From Eledone cirrhosa (taxonomy: Eukaryota): DNA of 64,000 nt. The notes beneath the pieces were generated by a model. It had not been told where the DNA came from and searched no databases. It worked only from the letters and a program-made list of their open reading frames with translations. Both the position numbers and the translations under genes were made by a program. Positions 55,373 to 64,000 of this stretch are shown here, piece after piece (within the stretch, counting starts at the first letter, position 1; each line of letters begins with the position of its first letter). Where the stretch lies: contig OZ024747.1 of the NCBI GenBank assembly GCA_964016885.1, positions 70,432,001 to 70,496,000 on the forward strand, in the 5' to 3' direction.

Positions 55373-56252
55373 TGTGTGTGAGAAAGGGAAAACGATAGCA
55401 TTTTTATACAAATAGATTATTGATTTCATAACATGCAAGACCTTTGTGTTTGCCAAGAACAGCAGTAAGATCAAGAAATTACACTGGTACATTACTATGT
55501 TTAAGTTTACCACTATGTGAAGCAGAGCAATAAGGAACTGCATGTGATATAAAATATGTAGTCCAGCTGTCCAATCATTTTGCCAACCAACTCCATGACG
55601 CCTTTAAAAGAAAACATTGAAAACAAAACGAAAGAAATAATCCGATAGGGATAATCACCATAACCAAATATTACGAGAATATTGATTAAATTATTTTCGA
55701 ACATTGTGAATCGCATGAAAAAGTTCGTAAATCAACAACAACCAACATATAATTGACGTTTATTTTCTCGTTTACATATCATTCTTTCTGTTTTCTATGT
55801 AAAACATAGTTATTGAGAAGACATCTGAAGAAAGGGAATACCTGTTGTTTCTTTTGTTTGATTTACCGCAAGCAAGAACTATTTTGTCTGTGTTTAGCTA
55901 GAAACAAATATTCCAATTAATTTGCAGCTTGAATACACTCTAAAGCTGGCTACACAATCATTAATTATTTGGCAAAAGAATTTCAAAGTTCGTTCATGAT
56001 ATTTAGACTCTTAAAAACAACATAACCGATCATGAAAACCTTGTGTATTCGCAGGCACACTTTTTATAATATCTATTTGTGACTGGTCTTTAAATGAGAT
56101 GGTTTTTCCCAACAGAATATACTTTATTAGATGCACGTTTCATTACAGCGACCGAAATTGGTGCCAAAATAAAATACCACTCTGACGTACTCACAAGCAC
56201 GCGTACATTTCTGCGTACATAAACAATTTATATATTTATATATATATATATA

Positions 56253-56413
<161 letters not shown>

Positions 56414-56820
56414 TGTGTGTGTTTGTGCGAGTCTGTGCATGAGTGTATGCGTTGATATATATATATGTATGTATATGTACCTATATGTATGTATGTTTGT
56501 ATGTATGCATGTATGTATGTATTATGTATATTTGTATATATGTAGGTATGCAGGCATATGGGTAGGAATGTATCTATGCAGGCTTTGATGTCGCTTGTTT
56601 CGGTATGAAAAATATTAGAAAATTAAGAGAAAAATATGAAAGGAATTTTTAGTATACCATTCGAAGCTGAGACCGTATTTAATTGAGTTACTTATTATAA
56701 ACACATATATTTGGAATGATAACAGCCAAAACATTCGTGTTAGCTTAAATCATACTCCAAGGTAAGGCAGAAACAGTATTCATGATCAATTGTCAGTTAG
56801 TTTATTGTTGGATAAGAGAG

Positions 56821-56870
<50 letters not shown>

Positions 56871-56885
56871 TTAGTTATATGTTCA

Positions 56886-56924
<39 letters not shown>

Positions 56925-56939
56925 TTAGTTATATGTTCA

Positions 56940-56980
<41 letters not shown>

Positions 56981-59900
56981 TAGATAGATTGATCGATTGG
57001 TAGAGAGGGCGAGAAGGAGTGGGAGAGAATGAAAGAGAACAAGAGAAAGAGAGAGAGAGAGAACAAGAGAACGAGAGTGAGAGAGTGAGTGTCAGACACC
57101 ACTATCAAATTTTTCCTTCGATACCGGAGCAGTGAATTGCTGCCTTGTTTCGCCAGAAGAAATCTATAGTAATTTTATTTTCTTTAACCCTGTCATGTTC
57201 AGTTTTAAATCTTATCTCTTTGGTAACTCTTTTATTGATAAAATGTTTCATGGTGTGATTCACTCGGAAAGAAAGAAGATAGTGTTGGCAATTAGAGCTG
57301 ATGGCGTTTTGAATGAATGACCAAAAGAAATCGATAGATTTGTGAACAGTAAAGAAGCAAAATTCTTAGGTATATGTGTGTATATGTTTGTGTGTGTCTG
57401 TACGTGTTCGCGCGCGCGCGTGTATATGTCTGTGTGTGTATGTGTGTGTGTGTGTGTTTGATTGGATACACTCTGGTCAATGTTTTGGCAGCCTTCAATT
57501 GGCTGAAGGCCATTATTGGGAATAGGTTTTTCTATCTAACTAGCCCTCAACATACTAAACACGCTCTCAGCCTTTTCTTGATAACGTTACATCAAATTTA
57601 ATGTCCAGAAATGTTAAGTTAAAACATTGTGTATATCTAAAGAAAAATCATTTTCGAACAAAGGAAGAAATAAGAATTTTCCATCCGACAAGATTAAAAG
57701 TAATATGAAGTGAAATTTATTTTCATAGAATTTTTCACCTTTTCGTCACTTATGAAACACACCTAGGGCGTCATAATATTAATAGTTCAGTTATTACATA
57801 AAGCAGACATAACACAGCGTTTTGAACCACAAGGAACTACATCGAACAGAACAGTGATGTGATAAATTTACAAATATATTACTTCACTTTATTTGTTTGA
57901 TTTGTGATGACGAAATAACCAATATTAAGACTGTTGCATCCAATAAGATATACACCTTAAAACATATATCTATAGTATATTTGAAGAAGTAAATTAAATC
58001 ATGTTTTCTTTAGAATACTAATATATGATTGAATTTGAAATATATTTCTATATATAAAAGTATAGATCCAATCACAAACATTATTTCTATTTATATATAC
58101 AGCTGTTGTTTTTGCTGCTTTATTCCCAGGTCTTCAATGATCGAACAAACCTATAATCAAAGGCATTCAAGTTAATGACGAAAACATCCTTTTATCAAGC
58201 TTTATGTCTTTTATGTAGTTAGATAAACGCTAGCAAACATTCATGGTGTCATGTTTCAGTCATCTTAGACTTCTTTAGAAAATCATAGTCTTTCGACTAC
58301 CTGCCAGATCCTGCCGTGTTATGAGTTATAATGATTTTTAGTGAATGAACATTGACATGCTTGGTGGTAAGGAATATCATTCCTTGTCAAAGTTAATTCC
58401 TTGAAAATCATTATATATCTAAGCCAGGATCTGACATTTGCTCTTCAGACTACACTCAGCTAATACGTCTGAAACATGCCCTGAATTGTCTCTTTAGCCT
58501 TTCTTAGATAGAAGGTATTAACCGTTAAGATCCATGTTATTTTATCACTAGAGTACATGTTAAATTCATATTAACTCTGCTTTGCATACAGAACGCTTCC
58601 CTGGGTACGTTATTTGAGATGTCCTCCCGTTTTCATGTCAATACAGAAGGTTTTGAGAAAAATTTGCCTGCTACTTTTAGCAGTTTGATCGACTCGTAGG
58701 AGCCTTCCCCTTAGCTTATCGAACTTTGTGTCGATAATGAATGTGGATATTAAAACGTTAATAATTGTACATTATTGATGGTGATCATGACGGCGATTAT
58801 CGATGGCTGTTATGTTAGTGGTAGCTATTGTTAGTAGCGATAGCAATGGTTATTGATGGTGAATTTCGTATTTATTTTTATCATTATTATTATAGTGGTC
58901 GATTTGGAGGTTATTAGAGCGTTGTATATTTGTTCTGGGTCCCTATGTTCCTAGTAAAAATCAGACCGCGTTCAACTTTACCTTTTATCTTTTTAAGTTC
59001 GATAAAACATTACCAACCAATGTTAAAAAACTAGTTATCAGTTTTAGTGCAACAATGAAATGCTTTAGTTAGTGACACCCGATAATGGTTTCAAATTAAG
59101 CATTTTAATTAATTTAGAATGCACGTCTAATCGATAATATGGCTTACAAACCTAATCCAATTTAATTGAAATTATACCTTCACTTTTTTAAGAAAGGTCA
59201 CAGGTTAATAGTCTATCAATCATTATAAAAAACACACGCTTAATTAACAAAGAGTACACGTGCATAGTAATATATTTAATTTCCATAGCTAATTATCAAT
59301 TCCATACATCTGCCTTTCACTCTATTAATCAATGAATTAATCTGTCAATCAATCACTTAATCAATTAATCAATATTCATTGATTTCCCGTAATTGGGGCA
59401 AATAAACTCAGTTGCATAATCTTTTTTAATCAGATTTATTCATCAATAAGGGATTATTTCTATTGACATAAGCGGAAAACCTCTTCATGTTGCAGTCTTG
59501 AAAACTTTTGGAATCAGTAGAGAAAGTCAACGAAACATCAATGATTGACAGAAAGTACAGTTTAAAGTAGGAATGCTGCATCTCTGAAATGTTCTACTTT
59601 ATTGTTAAATAAACTAAGCGAAAATGAAGAATCTTGTGGACTATTAAACACGTCGCAACCACTAACGCAACCATCACAACTACAATATCGCAACCCTTCC
59701 ACAACCATTATTCGTATGTCTTGCGCCATTACTCCAGCCCTGATGGAATCATAGAAGCACCACTGTGTTATGCTGCGTATCCTATGGCGGGACACATTCC
59801 TTTTCAAATCTGACCCCAGCCAATATATTCAAGTGAGAGAGATAAAGCGAGAGAAGTGGGTGAGAAGGAAAGAGAGAGAAAGAGAGGGAGAGAGAGAGCG

Positions 59901-61113
59901 CACTTCTTAATACATATCTTAAATAATTACCGAAACGAGCGGTAATTATATGCAAATTAGTATATCCATTTCAGAAGAACAGTAAGAGCGAATGTGTATA
60001 TGTGGCCATCAGATACAAGTTGAAAAGGAAAGAGACGGTGTAGAGTGTGAGATTTAACCTCTGTACGTCTTACGTATTTATATACTGACCCTGAAAAGCA
60101 AAGTTGACTTCGGCAGGAACTCAGATTGCAGAAAATCAGAACATATACTGCAGTGCAATTTATTGGATGCTCAAAGGACTCTGCCAATCCATCCCTTAAC
60201 AACCACCCTAATCATTCAATAACTACTCTCACCACAAACGTATACCGCAAGTAACTCAACCACCACTCCCTCAACTTTCAGCACTTTTTTTGCCACTATC
60301 CAGTCTTCCACTACAACTCTAATCGCCACCATCACCCCCATTGCAGCTCTAACCACCATTGATTCGTTCCTGTCTATGATCACCACTACCACCACACCAC
60401 TATCTCCGCCAACATAGTTAAGACTGTTTCTTTGTTACCGTCACTCCAACTTCTCTACTGCAACCGAACCCAGCAGCAGTAACAGCAGCAGCAGCAGCAG
60501 CTGTAGCAATAAAAATAGGACTATCAACGTCCTATGTGTGTTTTAACATCAAAAGTATTGTGTGCCGTGAACCAAACAAGAGAAAAAGAGTATCACAACG
60601 TGAAATTATCCATGCCAAACGTTTATATTGTTATTTTCGTTTCTTCTGTATTTATATATCCATCTTATTTTATCCTTCAGGCCCTATTATTATTAAACCA
60701 CTTCCTTAATAGGTGTCTTACAAAATTCTCGAAAGTTCCTCTTACAGCAGCAGGCTTTTTTTTTGCAGTTATTTTAGTGTTGCTTTGCTTGCTACTACTC
60801 TTATTTTTAAATAATTCTCTGTTTGCTTCAAAATTGCCCAGCTAGTTTTATTTGCTGAAAGAAAGAACAACGATTTCCTATATATTGTAAAAGAGGAGAT
60901 ATTATTTCCCTTAAATTATCTGTACTTTTTTCTATTTGTCTGTAAATTTTACTGTGGGATGTGCTGTTTATCTTTGCTATGTTTTGTGTTCTTTATTCTA
61001 ATTTTCTACAGAATTCTATGGTTCAGAAGCAATCTAAATTCAGTAATTGGTGGTTACACAGACACACACACGCACGCGCACACATTCACACGCACGCACA
61101 CACACGCACGAAA

Positions 61114-61150
<37 letters not shown>

Positions 61151-61824
61151 CGTATAGATGAGAACATTGACCAGCCAAGAGCGCGAATATCATTTGGCTA
61201 CGTAAAACAATTCCTCAGTCAGTCCATCCAAAAATTGAACCACACAAACTTGTGTACATTAAAAGAATGATGTAGATTGAAGAGTAGAAACCTGGGGTTG
61301 TTATTTGAAATAAATTGATAAAAGTAGGTGTTTATATTGGATTAAGTTATTATAGAATGTTCGAGGCCTTTAGGATTTCGTAGTAATTCTCAAAACTCTT
61401 AGCAATATATGTATGTTTTTTAAATTTTACTTATCGTTTGTATACAGAACAAACTGCTAATCTATTTTGTGGGCGCAAGCAATCCTTGTGACACGGGTTC
61501 GTTCCCACTGCTTGGTATCAATACAAGTGATTTTACCATAGCCTCGAATCAACCCATGCATTTTGTGCGTACTTGGGTAGAAGCCCATCGGATGGATTAT
61601 ACTTGTAATTCAATTCCCCCCCCCCCCCCCCGCCTTGTCACAAATGGTGTCATGTTGATTCGTCTTGGGAAGTACGTGAGTGTGGAATCACTTACTTGTT
61701 AGTTCGGGAATTAGACATTCATTTTATTTAACAACCTAATATTCATCAATCTATCTTAATAGAAGCCCGAAACATTTTCCATCTTTATGTTTTAGCAACA
61801 GAAAGTATACATTTAGTGCGATTG

Positions 61825-62520
61825 AGAAAGGGGAGGGGGGTTGAGTTCATTAGGGAAACTGAACCCACGGCGGAAAATCAGATTCTATCCTGGTGCGCGA
61901 GGCCAGGAATCTATGATGTAAAAGGGCAGCAAGGATTGAGGAGTGGCCAGAGGAACTGAAATGACGAGCGACGGGTTTATCCATGCCGAGTCCTATGTCT
62001 CTCAAGTGTTCAGCGAAACGGTCTGACAGACGACGGTCTATTTGTCCGTTGTATGAGGACCCGCAAAAGGAACATCGGAGGGCATAGACTAAGCGGGTAG
62101 ATGTGCAGGTGAAATAGTGGTGGATACGGAAGGAACCGTTAGTGCCTGTGAGAGTATTGAGATTAGAAATGAAGGTATAGGTGTCAGAGCGTGGACAACA
62201 ACAGGGAGGATGCTGGGTGCAGTTTGAGGAGAGGAAGGAAAGGATCTGTGTACAAAGAGGTGGCAGATATTACAGGCAGGCTTAAAGCGGTGACGGGTGA
62301 GCCTGGAAAGAAGAGAGATGTGACGACGTCAGAAAAGTGAGTGCGGAAGTTGAGGAGGATTTGTCGCCGGAGATATAGTGTGGTGGGGTGGTAAGTGAGG
62401 GGGAAAGGAAGGTGTGTCCTGGTGGAGGAACAGGGTAAGGGCATATATATATATATATATGGAACAGGATAAGGATATATCTACGCTAGATAAAGCGGGG
62501 GTGGGGTCATGTTTTGACAC
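61825..62520 (-). mobile_element. Degenerate Neptune-like PLE, linker + GIY-YIG with CCHH
   Basis: Minus strand PLTYHPTT..., then FTCTSTRLVYALRCSFCGSSYNGQIDRRLSDRFAEH...PVARHF. Confidence 0.8.
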
Positions 62521-62626
62521 TGGGTCTCGAAATCATGATACTGTAACAGATACGATGAAGGCGGTGGAATTGGGAGTAGGGTACAGAGAGTTTGGTGTCG
62601 GTATGATATATATATATATATATATA

Positions 62627-63590
62627 TAGGAAAAGAGTCCGGACCCCGACGGCTGACCTCCGGCCATTTCGACAGCTAGATCCGAATGGATCTAGTCATA
62701 ACTCATTCAAGATAGAAGTTAAAGCTAGGGCTCGCCATCTTAAACGTCTGACGACATCTTCCGCTTTTTGTAGAAGCTTTAGGTAAACATGATTGGAGGG
62801 AGTGGGAATATTCTTCAGAGAGTAATCTACCTTTAATGAGTTAGGACTTAGGATAACAGTAGCTACTAACCTCTCTAGCGGAGATTTCTTAGACATTAAT
62901 TTAGACCTTCGCACACATACCTTCAAACCCTTCCATAAGCGAAACGAAAAACTTAATTACATACACAAGGACTCATGCCACCCTCCTACTGTTTTTAGAA
63001 ACTTCGTAAATAATATCAGTTCTAGAATCTCTAACCTCTCCTCTAATAAGGCTATCTTTTTCAGAGCGGCACCCTACTATAAGACTGCGTTAGCTAACAG
63101 CGGCTTCTCGCAAACTATCACTTACTCTCCCACTAACAACAACAACAATAAGAAAAGAAATCGTAACAACAGACAAACTATCTGGTTATCTCCTCCCTTC
63201 TCACACAACGTTAAAACTAATGTAGGAACATTTTTTTTTAGACCTTTTAGATAGACACTTTCCCATAGGTCACAAATACTGCTCCATCTTTAACAGACAC
63301 ATAGTAAAACTAGGGTACTCCTGCGCTAAGAATATGAAGGCCCACATAACCAACAGTCCTAAGAGCGGCACCCCACCAGGATGCTTTTGCCGAAAACCTG
63401 AAGCTTGTCCCCTTCAACAGCAATGCAACACATCCGCTGTAGTTTATGAAGCTGTAGTCACTTCCAATCGACCAAATCAACCACAGGAGGTCAAATCCTA
63501 GGTGGGTATGGCGGAGGGCCTATTTAAGGAACGCCTCCTGAACCATCAGTCGATCTTTAGGTACCCGGATAAACGATCATCCACGAAACA
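62627..63590. mobile_element. Rearranged Hydra-like PLE: HHR 3' half (62627-62696, -), N-terminus (62697-62845, -), thumb-CxC-GIY-YIG (62845-63590, +)
   Basis: YSLKNIPTPS..LRWRA on -; DFLDINLDL..SCHPP..ALANSGF..CFCRKPEACPLQQQC..VVYEA..VGMAEGLFKER on +. Confidence 0.85.
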
Positions 63591-64000
63591 TCCATGGGGT
63601 AGATTTTAAGGGAGATTTTACTACCATACTTAGGTTATCGAAAGATTACGTAAATGATCTTTTGTTGGTCTGTATTACTGGTATTGATAGTGTCGCTAGT
63701 GTTATTCCATAGTTTAATTCCTAATAGTATTGACGTTCTTATTGTGATTACTACCTTTGTTAATGCAGCTATACCTCCTGCTGTTATCATACAGTCAACT
63801 ATGTTACTGTTGATGCTGCTATTCTTAATATTATTGTTAATACTATTTATCACAGTTGTTACTGGAATGATGATGACTGTAGAGGGTGCTGGGGACTTGA
63901 TAGTGTTAATGCTGATGTAGTCGGTTCTATGTTAAGGCTGGTGGTAGAGTTGGATGGCGTGCTGATGGTCGTGAGAGATGTCGTGGTATTGGTCGAGGTG

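Noticed and set aside
55430-55625. Minus-strand pyrimidine tract + AG followed by open frames (possible host exon)
   Set aside because: No recognisable protein motif or partner exons; needs RNA-seq.
63635-64000. Hydrophobic ORFs at window end (also 60534-60845)
   Set aside because: Degenerate trinucleotide low-complexity sequence.

Overview
AT-rich, microsatellite-dense animal DNA with no recognisable host exon. It is probably coleoid cephalopod (Octopus-like), inferred only from the tRNA-SINE consensus. Most predicted ORFs are (TA)n/(CA)n/(GA)n artefacts. The real content is transposon-derived: a near full-length but disabled Penelope-like element (PLE; RT + CxC linker + C-terminal GIY-YIG, Hydra-clade-like) at 31451-34949, truncated or inverted copies of it, fragments of several other PLE families (one Neptune-like), R4/Dong-, Tx1/L1-, CR1- and RTE-like LINE remnants, SINEs and a non-autonomous Helitron-like element. 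The main unannotated signal is RNA structure. By eye I find about 20 type-I hammerhead ribozyme (HHR) motifs from about 10 sequence families, including core variants (fixed U4A, a U4C, two U3-A8 covariant cores, U10.1.U11.1 and large stem-II insertions). Two related non-coding tandem repeats (about 540 bp and 466 bp) carry one covarying minimal HHR per unit and look like retrozymes (candidate circular-RNA elements mobilised by PLE RT). Several inversions pivot on HHR stems. All structures were folded by hand and need computational and biochemical confirmation.
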